Assembly: GCA_010356995.1 (NCBI GenBank)
Contig: ML996702.1
Coordinates: 372,001 to 436,000 of the forward strand
DNA length: 64,000 bases
From: Trichodelitschia bisporula
Lineage: Eukaryota
Direction of reading: 5' to 3'
The notes under the pieces: generated by a model
Seen by the model: the letters and a program-made list of their open reading frames with translations, nothing else
What the model was told of the DNA's origin: nothing
Databases searched by the model: none
In this document: positions 23,585 to 36,276 of the stretch, one piece after another
Layout of the letters: each line of letters begins with the position of its first letter
Position numbering within the stretch: position 1 is the stretch's first letter
Translations under genes and position numbers: made by a program

Positions 23585-26500
23585 TCAGCCAACCACCCAA
23601 GGTGGCCGTATGACCTGGGAACCCCAAACTCGACGGACAGCCTTGTGAGACGCATCGGCAAACCCCTTTCTACCTACAGGCTGGAGCGTTTCTTTATAGC
23701 TCGTCTCATACCATGCAGTGAGAACTTGAATGACCTCTTTTTCCGGCTCTTTCAATGGTTCCATGAATATTCTGGATCGCTGCATTGCCAGATCGATGAG
23801 GGATGAGTTCGGAGGGATAACGTTTTTCTTAACTCCGTCATGTCTCAGCAATATTTCTACCATCTTTGGCCGCCCGCTCCTTATTGCATACATCAACGGC
23901 GTTTCCGGTAGCAGCAACATATCGTCGCGAGCATTCACATCAACCCCTGGGGTTCGAAGAAGGAGTTCCAATGCATCCACATGTCCGGAAGAGACTGCTG
24001 TGAATAACGGCGTACGCTGTGTTTGGTCTCTGAAGTTGACGTCGATGCCCGGAGCTCCAAGGAGGAGTTGGATCATAGAGATACAGCCTTTGGTAATCGC
24101 GGTGTTCAGGGCTGTGCTCCCAAATCTGTTCATGGCATTGACGTCAACTCTGATTTGTTGAACCAAAAGCCTGGCAATGTCTATGGCCGCAGGTGATGCA
24201 CCGGCAACAGCCGTCAGCATGAGAGGTGTCCAACCCAGGTCATTTCTAGGATCCGCGAATACTCCATGTTCCAATAACCGGATGACAGACTTGTAGCTCC
24301 TGTGTTGGACAGCGTGGAATAGGGGGGTTTCGCAATGAATGTCGGGGATATCCGCGTCCACGCCATGGTTGAGGAACAGAGCGACAAGTTGCTCACGATC
24401 CGAGGCTACGGCATAGGAGAGCGAATTTCGACCGTCCTTATCAATGACATGGATGTCGGCTCCAGCCTTAATGAGGAAGGACGCCATCTTGTCGAACTCA
24501 AGTATCGTAGCCCATATCAAAGCGGTCTGTTGCCACTCATCTTTTGCATCGATATTTCCGCCATTTTCAAGTAAGAGGTTCAGGATGTTGATACGTCCAG
24601 AAAACGCTGCGGATATAACTGGAGTCTGCGCTGCGCGGTTCCTGGATTCCAAGGCGACATCCGGTCGAGCGAGGAAGAGTCGGACAATCTCCTCATGTCC
24701 TGCTGAAACAGCCATGTGCATTGGTGACAATCCTTGCCAGTTTTTAGAGTCAACTTCGATGGCCATATTGAATAAGCCAAGACAGACGCTCCGCAAGTTG
24801 AACTTAGCGGCGATATGCAATATTCCATCGATGGCATCGCCACCATCAACGTTAGGATTCATCTTCGCGACCATTTTACGATTGGCCCAGCTGTAACAAT
24901 GGACCACCCAAGTCTTCGGCAAATCGAGCATCTTCACGAATCGCCCGAAAATTGGTTCGTATATATCAGCTTCTCCTGCATGGTGGAAGCCATATTCTAC
25001 TGCGTATTCCAGAAGAGGAATGGAATTAGGGAGTTTCCGTTGACGGGTTTCCGGGCCGCTAGCCCATTCGACAAGGGCATCGCTCCTGAAACATGACACG
25101 CATATACTCGTTAACTGGAGGTGTGTCCGGAGGACGATATCTCTTGCAGTGCCGAGTGGATCAAGAATGGTGATGCCTTGAGGACTGCGGAGGAAATCGA
25201 AAACCGAGTAGTGGATGAACTGAACGGCCATGATTTTCTCTGTGTTGTGTCCAACCCGCTCCACGACCTCAACAAGCCCCCCAGAAAGCCTCCGTAGTAG
25301 CTCTCTTCCGTCTTCTTCATCGTATCTTTTTTTCCAGATTGGTGCGCTTTGGTCACAGCTGTCGAGTCCGGAAATCTGGGTGCCTAGTGCAAAACTCATC
25401 TCCCTCACGGTGAGTATCCGTTTGGCAAACAGGATCCACTTCAGGGTCTGCCGCATTTCTTCCTTGTCATCATCATCGACATTCTGAAGGAGAGTGAGAT
25501 AAAGAGCAAGCAAATCCTGTGGGATTCTATCGAGCATTTCCTGAATCTTTTCAATCTTCTCGACCTTCAGCCTCCAGATTCTCGGCAACACCAGATCCAC
25601 CCATTGGAACACTCCCGATGCACGTGTTGCAAATGCATTGACCACCAAGGTCAATTTGGGCTCCGCAAAGATCCCTTCAAATTCATGCCTGATGTGTCTC
25701 TCGATGTCACCGCCGTTGAAGTCGTCAAGGCAAACGCAAGATCCCGGAACCAAGTCTCCGAGTGGATAGTGTCGGCACGAAAAGCAGATATGAAGCTTTG
25801 TGTAGTCGCCAAGGGCCGATTTGATAAGTTCTTCGAGGAAACGAAAGACTCTGACCGGGATGTCGGGTGTATCTCCGCACTCGTCCAGGGCATCGATGAA
25901 AATGTAGACACCGTAGTTTTGCGAGGCGCTCAGAATAGCACGTTGAAGAATATCTCGAAGTTCACCCTCTTCCCAGAACCAACTTTCTCCGCATGACCCA
26001 CTTGTCTTACACCGCCGCTGGAAGTCATTGAAAGCTTTATGTAGTTCCTCGGGGGCGTAAGCCAAAACTTGAAACAAAAGAGATCGAATGAGGCCGAAAA
26101 GGCTCCGCTGGATAGCGACGTTGCTCCCAGAGAAGAAGTGTGAGAGGATAATGTCATTCGAGCGACTTTGCTTACAGCGGAAATGCGTAAGAAGGTACTT
26201 CAGGAGCGTAGACTTCCCTGAACCGGGCTTTCCTTTGATAGCTAGCAGTGCTTGCTCACTGTTCGTCCAGTTTCGATAGCTCTCTTGGCCGAGAATCCAG
26301 CTGCAGGTTCCTTTAGTTTCCCCTCTCACTAGGTGCTCTCTCGTTTTCATCTCGGGAAACGCAATTGATGCCAGCATCTCTGATCCGATTTGTGAGTCTT
26401 GAATTTTCGTCAGGTGTTTGGCGGGAGTTTACCTTGCTCGTTATCGGTCAACTCAAGTCTTTTCTTCAGCGTTAGTAACTTAGCCAATCATCCCTAAATG

Positions 26501-27651
26501 TAGTGAAGGATTCCTAACCTTGATTCCGGATTGACCTCAAGTGACGCTCTGACCTCCTTAACAATCATATTATAACCCGCATCCTCGCGATTCGAGAACT
26601 TGGTCATCTTCTGTTGGTTGTTAGTGAATCCATACCTCAAGGTTAGATATCAAGCATCGCGGCTCACCCGGTGATCAGCACGAATAGGATAGTGCGGTAC
26701 TCCATCTATCTTCGCAGACTGTTTGTCCACAACCTGCCACAGGTCAGCTAGGGACAATGCCGAAGGCAGAGACATGCCATGCCAATACTAGACTCCATTG
26801 TTTCGTAGAAGCAAGAAACTCGTATCGATTTCTGGTTTTCCCTTGCAAGAGCACTAAAGTTGTCGACGGTTTCAATGAGCATATCCGATTGTCGTCCAAG
26901 AAACTCGATGAGCTTTGGATTGACACCGATTTTGAGACTCTTGCACAGCTTCGCAAGGCTTCCCAAGTATTGTGCCATACCAGAACCACGATGAGGTGTA
27001 CCAAGGAACAGGACGCCAGCAGTACGTTCGAAAATAAGCCTCGTTTCGCGTTTGCGGCTTTGGGACCACGATAAAGCCTTTTGCAGTATGAGTCCGCCGA
27101 GGCTGTGGGCAATGAACACGATACGTCGATGCCTCTGGGACTACTTAGCCACAGAACCTTCGAAAGCATTTGGAGCTTACCGTATTTGTGTCGCTCCGTA
27201 GCTTCTCCAGTTGGTTCACTAGATCGGTTGCAAATCCAGGCACGCTGTCCTGGGAAACCTTCCGCTTTGGGCCCATGTGTGCGTCGTACTGATAGGCAAG
27301 AATCCGGGCGTACGGAAAGTCCACCGGCAAAAACTCCATGGGCCAGTATACTTTGCGCTCATCGTCAACATGAACCCAGGTCTGATAAGCATTACCCATG
27401 AGCCCATGTAGGAAAACGATGTCAGCGTCCGCAGTCGGAGTATCAATAAGTGTCGTGAGACCGAATTTTCTGCCATTTCGAAATTCTTCCGTCAACGGGT
27501 TAGGCTTCTCCACTCCGGCTAGGACGGGTCGGCCTGGAGGCGATGGTTCAGCATGTCTAGAGGTGTCGCCATCTAAACATGAAAGGGGAGAAACTGAGGA
27601 TGACTGAATAACTGTGCCTTTCCATCGAAGCCGTGCGCTAAAGGGAAACAT
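23585..27651 (-). CDS. Fungal NLR-like protein: N-terminal SesB/DUF676-like alpha/beta hydrolase + NACHT + ankyrin repeats (6 exons)
   Basis: Hydrolase motifs DIVFLHGLMG, ARILAYQYD, FIAHSLGGLI, FLGTPHRGS, ADHR|KMTKF. NACHT entry GTCSWIL, Walker A GKPGSGKST, Walker B IFIDALDEC, ASGVFQWV, FIHYSVFDFL. About 10 ankyrin repeats (GLSPMHMA, QTPVISA, GWTPLMLT, RTPLFTA, ETPLMYA). Exons can be joined in frame. Confidence 0.9.
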
Positions 27652-28890
27652 CTGAACTCAAACGACGTACCCAAAAGAAGTAAATGAGAAGCCCAAGAGG
27701 TTGTAGGCGGGTATAAGTCCGCACTCATAAGAGCACCAGCTCCCTCATTGCCTGACGGCTAGGCGCTCGAGGGTGAATGAGAGGCGCAGGGTGCTGATAC
27801 GCGACTCTAACTGCGCCACAACATGCACTACGTGAACCAATAAACCGCATAGAGTGGCGCTTCAAGAGAAATGATCGATTCGGACTTAAAGATGCGAGTG
27901 GGGCCTCAAAGGATCTACATACCTTACAAGCTCATACCGAGCTCGAAAACCACACGTTGGCTGATTGACGTCGGTTGTTCCTCTTAAGACCTGCGAAGGA
28001 ACCTATGTTGAGGCTGAGGGTCATCTTTGGAGAACCTCGCGGTCGCCTGTGGTGACTTAGATGCGGCACAGCATAGAGGTAGGAGATTGACGAAGGGCAT
28101 ACAGTACCGACGAGGTTTGTGTTACATCCCTGGGCCAATTTTGCGGAGAGGGGCGGTATTCATCTTCTCGTTGTCTCTTGGGTGTGGAAGCCTGTTGACG
28201 TCCCCCATTTCTGCCTAGAGACCCCTTCCTATGTCACGCATTAGGTTCTGCAATGTAGGTTTCTGCTCTTGAATAGTTATCTGGACGTTCGACAAGCGTG
28301 CAACCGAATCAAATGGTCCATTCATAAGCTCCAAGCGGAGCCGGGATTCCGTGCCTTTGGAAGCGAGCCATTGGCTCTCGAAGCGCCATTTGAATGACCG
28401 CGTGCGCCTCATACCGATGATAGCCGCCATCGTAATGCTCCTAAAACCGAGCATCGCGGACTCCTAGGGGGTTAAAGAGTAACATTCGGAGTCGAGCTAT
28501 TATTCAAGAAATGAACTACCCGTATGTACAGTATTAGCTTTTGAGGCAAGTACGAGTACAGACGGGGCTCATCACCCTCCCCTAAGGAGAGCAGAAGACT
28601 TCTGCTAATGCAGAAAGGAAAATGCATGTACGTTGCCGACTCTGACGTCTTCTCCTGACCTGGGCGAGGTGACGAGATACCACAAGTTTTTGTTGGCGCG
28701 AAGGAGCTGCTGCGGAGAATCAGATCTTGCCACAGCCGGTGTGATGTCCATCGGTTCAAGAGGACTGAAGTCAGAGACGTTCGGCCAGCTGAAGTGGAAT
28801 GTTTTCATCGCCTCGGGACCCCATAAAACCTTGAAGAAATGGTGATGAACCATCGTACAGAAATAGCACCTGGGGTGTGTCTCATTGAGG

Positions 28891-29900
28891 TTAACAGGAA
28901 AGTAGGGAAACTAGTGCCCGGGGATCCTGTAGCTCTGCAGCTGCAAAGTATCCCTTATTCTCAACGACACCTCGATCCTTCACTACGGCAGTGTACTTGA
29001 CAACCCATTGAGGTATCACATCTCCGCGCAATCCATCCGAGCTATTATTACAGCAACCACTAGGCGCCAAAATGCCAATTCCTTTTTCAGGACCCAGCAG
29101 TTCCCGCAGTGTACCCGGAGGCAAAATGTCGGTACAGTCATTGTGCGTTAGCAGCTCAATCCCCTCTTGTTTCGCAAATATTATCAGAGGCTTCGGCACA
29201 ACACAACAATCGCGCACGTTAATCTGATCCACAGAAGGGCGCACGCGAACCGATTGCAGAAGACGAGCAAGTCGATGACTTCCAAACTCGGAGAGACCGA
29301 GCCTTGCGATGGTACCCGCATCGTGCAGCGTTTCCAGGGTGTTCCACGTTTGAACGATAGAGTTTGTGTCCTCGATTACTCCGCCTGTTGGATCCGAGAG
29401 CCCAGAGAGCGAGGCAGCATCTGAGTGCTCGTCCTCCTCTGATTCGTCTTCGGCATCGAAAGCAATGCCGGGAAATGAGACTATGAGCAAATCGATGCTC
29501 GACACGCGCAGCTCCCTGAGAACAAGATCTATCGCCTCCTTTGCGTGCTGGCAGCGTTTCGAAGGAGGTACGTGGGGAAGGTAAAAAAGCTTGACAGTGA
29601 TGTCATAGGCAGAACGTTCTTCCGCCAAACCGGAGGTGTCCAATGTAGGGGCATATAACTTATCGCCTTCTTGAGCGCTCCATGACCGAAAGGTGCTGTC
29701 GGGTGCTGAAGAAGCGACTGCCTGCTCTCGGTGGGAGTCGAAATTTGAGCGAAGCGCAGCAGTCAGCTCAGCGTTTGACTTCGATACGAGAGGGCGACGG
29801 ACCACGGAGGGACCGCTTCCCATGATATTGCTAGTACGAGCATTAGCTGCGATACAGTCTGTTATGAGGCTCCATACGACGTAGAGAGAATGAGCTTCAT
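28891..29900 (-). CDS. GCLM: Glutamate-cysteine ligase modifier (regulatory) subunit, AKR fold, 2 exons
   Basis: ATG 29900 MKLILSTS|NIMGSGPSVVRR (intron 29831-29877); YDITVKLF, IDLLIVSFPG, LGLSEF, PSVDQINVRDCCVVP, LLTHND, WVVKYTAVVKDRGVVENKGY. Confidence 0.88.
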
Positions 29901-30242
29901 TGTTGATCATAGGAGTTGAATTAGCCTTTAGACTTGAATGTTGCGAGTGTGCTGGCGGCAGGTGTCGAGCCGAAGAGTACAGCCATACGACGAGAGTACG
30001 CGTCTGAACGTCCTCTTCGTTGGCGGCTAACAATATCAACTGGTGAAGTGGGGAAATGGTGGGGCAGGCCGTGGAGGTCAGTGCGTACGTACGGTAGTAG
30101 GAGATTCCTTACGGGTAGAGGCTTGGCGTGGCGCGAATCGTAACCTCCAGTCCGCTCCTCAACTCCACACTAATCGAAACCGCGGCAGACAAGGAAGCGG
30201 AAAGCCCAACAGCTAGCACCTCCTGCTCGAGCTGGGAACAAA

Positions 30243-30970
30243 ATGCCCATCAAGTAGTTTGACCTGGTGCGCATATGATACAACAGCAATGCTAACAGCA
30301 TCAGGTATTTAATCTTGCTGTCGCGCCAGGGCAAAGTGGTATGGCCTCGTATGTGAATATCTGGGTACCTCGGAGGCTAATGCCCTTCTCCAGCGGCTGG
30401 CCAAATGGTTCTCCACTCTCTCTCCGAAGGACAAGGCCAAAGTTGTAAAAGACGTCACTCAACTCGTTCTCGCTCGCCGCACTAGGATGTGCAACTTCCT
30501 CGAGTACAAAGGTGCTGTCAACTTCCATAAACGGTGTACCTTCCAGACTAATATTGACCCCCAGATACCAAAATTGTCTACCGACGCTATGCCTCCCTCT
30601 ACTTCATTGCAGGATGCGCCTCCACCGACAACGAGCTGATCACCCTCGAGATTGTCCATCGCTTTGTCGAACAAATGGATAAATACTATGGCAACGTCTG
30701 CGAACTCGACATCATATTCAATTTTCAGAAGGCATATTTTATTCTGGACGAGCTTCTGCTGGCGGGTGAAATGCAGGAAAGCAGCAAGAAGAATCTCCTT
30801 CGTTGCATCAGCCAACAGGACAGCCTGGAGGACATGGAGGTAAGCGAATAATTGTTCGTACTTCCGCCGTCCCTTTTGATGCTGCCACGCTCTCCTCTCT
30901 TTCACTTCCGATGCTAATGGTCAACGCTGCTTGTCAGGCTGAAGATGACATCGTCACGAAGATCATGTAG
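30243..30970 (+). CDS. APS1: AP-1 clathrin adaptor complex sigma subunit (5 exons; missed by the ORF track)
   Basis: Spliced [31 protein letters not shown]...[22 protein letters not shown]...[54 protein letters not shown]...|[10 protein letters not shown]. Confidence 0.95.
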
Positions 30971-32313
30971 AAGCGCCTGATGCCATCCGTTTTCCACTAT
31001 CGTGTCCGAAATCCTCACTGCTTGCAAAATCTGGTCATCCCATGCCAGCGCATGTAAACCTTTAGGCCCCATTCCTGGCTAATGCGAAGACCAGATGACA
31101 CATACTCATCTCACGGATGCTGGGCTACTGTGAGCCGAAGTTCTGACCGGATGTCTATGAGTTCAACGCCAGTCCGTTGTTTGCTGTGTGAGAAGTCAGT
31201 CTGGGTCAAAAGACATTGCGCTTTACATTCTCGTCCAGACCGGCGGTCAATTCTCTACGGTTCGAACAAGCATAGGGGAGACTGAGAAGGAAAGCTGTAG
31301 CCCGTACTTTTGGAGAGGCACGAGTGACCGGCCGTAGGCTGGGTAAGGCGAATTCCTGTTCTCACTATATGGATGAGTAGAACCTTGAACACCTCGTTTG
31401 GCAACCATGAGTTGTATCTCAAATGGCAGTTCCATGGCAGGCCCGCCTTTCGCACACAAAACATCCATACATACCCACTCTCGTCATCTCATGTGTATAC
31501 TCTCGCCTGGTTTGTATCACAGGCAAGCTTGTCTCATGCAGGTTATGTATGTGCATATGTATCTACCTGTTCTCTATTCATTGCCTTATTTCGCTCATGT
31601 CGAGGTCCGCCACTCCCGGACTCAGCATCTCAGAGAGAATCGGGCATCGAACGGAAGCTGTAGGTACGTATCTTGTCCTTGGCTTGTGGTTTTAGGCTGA
31701 TGAAATTGCTACCAGTTCATCTTGTTACCTATTGGAGATCGCGACTGATGCACGTTCCCTTTTACTGGGCTTTGGTCACCCATCCGAATATCAAACCAGC
31801 CTTGCGGGGAATGAGCACAGGGTCCTGCACTAACAGCGACAGATGCCGGTTCACGAGGCGTCAATCTGTCAATTCTTTCAACTTGTGGCCTCTTGCATAG
31901 CCCACGCCCCCTCATTTGATTGACTGTGCCGAGCGGTTATGTTTACCATGTGTCCTCCCTACCCAATCACGCGGGGGACGTCATCCTTGGCGTCGTTTGA
32001 CCTTGTTCGCGATCACCCAACGTGGGCAACGTCGACCCCCTCACCAACAAACTCCCTTCCCAGCGCATTCGCCATGTCTTCCAGTTCCGTAGTCACCAGC
32101 TAGACTTTATGTCTAGCTATTATAGTTCACAGTGATTGGTCTTTGCAGCGAGTCTGGAGCAATTATCCTCGATTTGACGCGGAAGTGACAACACACCACA
32201 ACCACCACTCCACCTGCCGCTCTTCCACGCTATAGCCCTCTCACTCGCACTGAGTTCCCCTCACTTTCTGTCAACTAAAGGCTTGGGATGCAATCGTTAC
32301 CCAAACAGACACA

Positions 32314-33353
32314 ATGAAGGTATACTGGTCTGGTCAAGCTATGGTGAACGGCGCAAGCTAATAATGTACGTGCAGTTCATTCCTATCCATAGTTTTGAGG
32401 ACGTGAGCGATGCGCTCTGCTTTGAGCACGGAGACATTCGCATTTCCGGCAGTTGTGAGCTATTCACAACTAAGGCGACCAAGTGTGACAAGAAGCTCTA
32501 CAAGGCAATCGACAAGGAGCTAGAGGCGAGACACGAGTCCGTTCTGCGGCTTGCAGCATCCTTATCACCACCTCAAGCAGAAGAGTTTGCCATATCTTCA
32601 AACCTGTCACGCTCATCCCCATTTGGTAATCTCAGCCAGCCGTCCAACCGGCGTACCTTTGCGTATCTCATCGCTACACTGAACGCCAGCCATCCCGACT
32701 ACAACTTTTCCCACTTCTTGCGTCCGACCGACTTCGACAGGGAGCGCAGTCTGCGGGATGTCATACAGAATGTTGATTCGAAGGTATTTGGGGCGCATGG
32801 GCAAACTGCTCCTCTCGGACTTCAGACTCCAGGGGGAAGCTTCATGTGGGGCCCTAGAATGTGGAACCTGATCGATGAAGAAATGGATTTGGAGGCTTGC
32901 GAGATATACAGCTTCCACCCCGACCAGAACCCGTTCGACGAAGACGATCCCGCTCTCTGGCGTCTGCACTACTTCTTCTTCAACAAAGGCAAGAAGCGTG
33001 TGTGCTACTTGTACCTGCTTGCTACCTCCGAATCCATGGAATTCTACGAATACGATTCGGATTCCACCGATGTCTTCATTGATACCGGCACTCTGAAGTT
33101 CGGCACGAGGGGCGGCCTGGGAACGGGCCCTGGCAAGCTAGCACGGTACTGGTCGGGAGATAGGGCCGAGGGGTTTGAAAATGGAGAAGAGACAAGCTCC
33201 GGAGGCACAGAGAAGGAACACTCGACGTCCTTCGCAACCTTCTCAGGCAGCAATGACGGCACCATGAACTCTATCGGCACGAAACCCCGTGAGCGCAGGA
33301 AGGGCGACGTGCGAGCTATGAGCGAGGGAGTTGCTGAGTCTATTGAGCTTTAA
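32314..33353 (+). CDS. MAF1: Repressor of RNA polymerase III transcription Maf1 (2-codon first exon)
   Basis: ATG AAG|gtatac...tgcag|TTC ATT; GSCELFTTK...DKKLYK, SPFGNLS, RRTFAYLIATLNASHPDYNFS, LWRLHYFFFNKGKKRV. Confidence 0.92.
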
Positions 33354-34632
33354 TGAGCTGTTCTGATGCCTCTGCGGCGTTTTGGGTGTACCGTGGGCTG
33401 GCTGCTGGGACGGCGGCGCGACGTTTGCGGCGGTCCTTTTTTGTTCTTGCGATCTATCCATATCGCGCTTGCTGTAGTCGACAGGCGTTAGGAGTTTCGT
33501 CGGCTTCACGTAGGGGTTGCTTTGACGATACCATGGCACTGTAGCGTAACGATAAATTGATCGATTTTATTATTGCAATCGCTTATGAATCCAGAAGTCC
33601 CGAATTCCACGTCTTTCATAGTCCTTTTAACAGGGGATTAAGGTTCATGTAACGAGAATCTGTCCAAAGTTTGTCCATCCTACCCTGACACTCTGCTTCT
33701 GTGGAGCTTTCCTTGAGACTACAATTGTGATCATACTGACTTGAGTTCTGCGACATGACAAGATGCCTCTCCACTCTGGATACGATTGAGTTCTCACCTG
33801 CTTGGGTGAGAGATTTGAGCGGAGACAGTGTTCCCTCAACCTTGAACAGCAAGCTTTATGGCAGAGGGATTCGTGGCATGCCACAAGTAATGATGCTCTA
33901 CGAATGGAAGAATATGGCAGAGAGTATAAGAATAGAGCAGCTACTTCAAGGAAGCTACTCGACTGTCACCTTCCACACAATGTCAAGCCCATCGGAAGGA
34001 GGTACGAAGGGACCAGGGGGACGTCTGTACTGTACTGCCGTACGTACGGATGTACGTTGGTATGATGGCTAAGTATTGGCACCTCCTCACTACACCGATC
34101 AGAAAGTCGGAGCTGTCCTACCAGGCCAGTTTGCAGATAAAGGTAGCTACGACTTTCTATGCTTCTCTGCGCCACAAAAGAAATTTTAGCCGTCCTCGCT
34201 AGTAAAAGCGCCCAGGATAGCAGCTACAACTTTCTGAGTAGTGTGGCGAAAAAGTGTCAATACTTTCCCCCGGAGACCAACGTAGTACAGCTTTGAGCTT
34301 GCCCTTTCGAGTTCTGGATGCCTGTCGCGCCTGGTTCCTGCACGGGACCGGAAGAACTGGCGTGCTGGGTGTCGGCTGCAGTTACATACGCTCCTGACCG
34401 GCTTGGCCTAGGCGATTTCCACCTGGTCACCTCACGCCAGCAGTTTGTCGACGCGTCCAATTTCCACTACTCGGACACTACACGTATCCAACACGGACGG
34501 CTTTATCGGTAACTTCCTGAACATATATGCCATAATCGTTCCTAGATTCTCTAATCTTCGACTCGGTATTCGTGGGCCCTACCCTCCTCGGAATTCTCTC
34601 ATATCTTGCACTCCATCGTTGCCTTATCCGTG

Positions 34633-36276
34633 ATGGCACATCAATCCATCCCGGGACCGGAGGGACGCCTCAACGGAATGCTACGCTCTGCAACTGCTGA
34701 TGGAACTTCCTCAAATGGCGCTGAACATCCTGATCCTACACTCTCCCTTTCTCGACTTCTCGAAGAGGTTCATCCTGAGATTCCCCAGACCAAAAATCCC
34801 AACACCAACACGTTGACTCCATCTGAGGTTACCAATGGCATTGAGGCCCAGTCAGCCGGTAAATTCGAGATGGATCTCGATGACGACATCGTGGCTAAGG
34901 CGGAACCTGTCGAGCCGAATGTATCTTTCCCGGACAATGACGAGGTTCCGCAGTGCTTGATCTTCGGCAATGACGCTGGTCCCCACGAGGTCCTGATTCC
35001 AATGCGCCACCTGCAAAAGCTCCCCAAGGATGTGCTTCGCAAGATCCTCAGCCAAGGAGAGAGTCTGGGCAATTTTCATCGCCTCGGTAGTACGCCTCAC
35101 TGCGAATCGCTGATCCGAGTCAAGCAGTTCCTAGATCATGGCGACTACACACCATTTAAGCCTTACACCGCCCTAGAGTATATCGATAGCTCCGGAGCTA
35201 CGCAGAGTTGGCCTGTTGCTAAAAAGGACACACCGAACGCAGTTGCGTCTACGAAGGGCACACATGCTCTCTTTTTGAAGGAGATAGACCTGTACCTTTA
35301 CGCCGCCGAACTAGGCTATTCCGAGCTTCTCAAAGTTTCGTGTGAGAGAATCTGCACCAAATATCCCAAGTCCCCACAAGGCATACTGGCGTTGATTGAA
35401 CGGGTCTATGACGTCGCAGCGAAGATTCAAGACACACACATGATGTCGCGTATACAGGACTACACGAACGCCAACTGCAAGGAGCTGACAAAGCTGCCCG
35501 CTTTCGTACGCCTTCTGCGCAGTCAGCTTGTGGCCAAACCTCCCCTCGGGCCGCTTCTTCTCGAAGCGTATATCAGCTCTAGCGATGGAGCACGCCGGGA
35601 ACTCGCTCAAAAGGAGCCAGCTAGCCCGCAGACACCTGCCATCAAGCGTCCGCCGCCTCCACGTCCGGCTTCGACAAATCTTGCGTCGGCGCTGCCGGCC
35701 TTGGTGGAAGCGTTGTCGACTGGCGCCCTAGTTGTTGCTCCGGATAACGGTTACGGAACACTTCTAGTCAACGGGCGTATGGTGGGCCGTAATACCGATT
35801 TCCATTTCGCCCGCGGGGAACTCCTCGTCACAGACTTATCGACGGAGTCACACAACAGCCGTAATAATATCCTCGTCACAAACTCCCGTGGGGAGAAAGG
35901 GGATATCCTCAAGACTTTAGTCAAGAGTGTCCCTATGGGTCTGGGGGCGTTTCGATCCGAAGGTGAGAACTACCATGTCCTCACTGCCACTAGCTGCATC
36001 AATGGTGGATGCATAGCTCGCTTCTCAACATGGCCTGCGATCTGGCATTTTACCTGTTCGCATGGAGAGTCTGCGTTGCCGACCACAGTGTTTCTTTGAC
36101 TGCGTCAAGCGAGCTGCTGGTCATATGAGCAACGTCAAGTCTTTCTCGTTGTGTGTTGCAGCGCTAATTAATATACAGGTGACGGAGTGAACTGTGGAGC
36201 GAGCTCGGACCGTGAAGGCCGTGCCCACCGCTCGAAGCACGGCTCCCGGTCCCGGTCTCCCTTCCGCCGGTTCTAG
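34633..36276 (+). CDS. Hypothetical protein with divergent BTB/POZ-like region and SH3-like C-terminal segment; 3' exon choice uncertain
   Basis: ORF from ATG 34633. BTB-like pattern VKQFLDHGDY...IDLYLYAAELGYSELL. Donor gtgaga at 35963; acceptor at 36016 (stop 36099) or at 36178 (gctaat branch, stop 36276, ending RSRSPFRRF). Confidence 0.6.

Noticed and set aside
23800..24830. High-internal-conservation repeats or an amyloid signalling motif associated with the NLR
   Set aside because: The ankyrin repeats are mutually diverged at DNA level; there is no N/G/Q pseudo-repeat motif at the NLR N-terminus or in neighbouring genes.
27930..28860. Fragmentary minus-strand ORFs upstream of the NLR (possible partner gene or pseudogene)
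   Set aside because: Could not be joined into a credible gene and no homology was recognisable.
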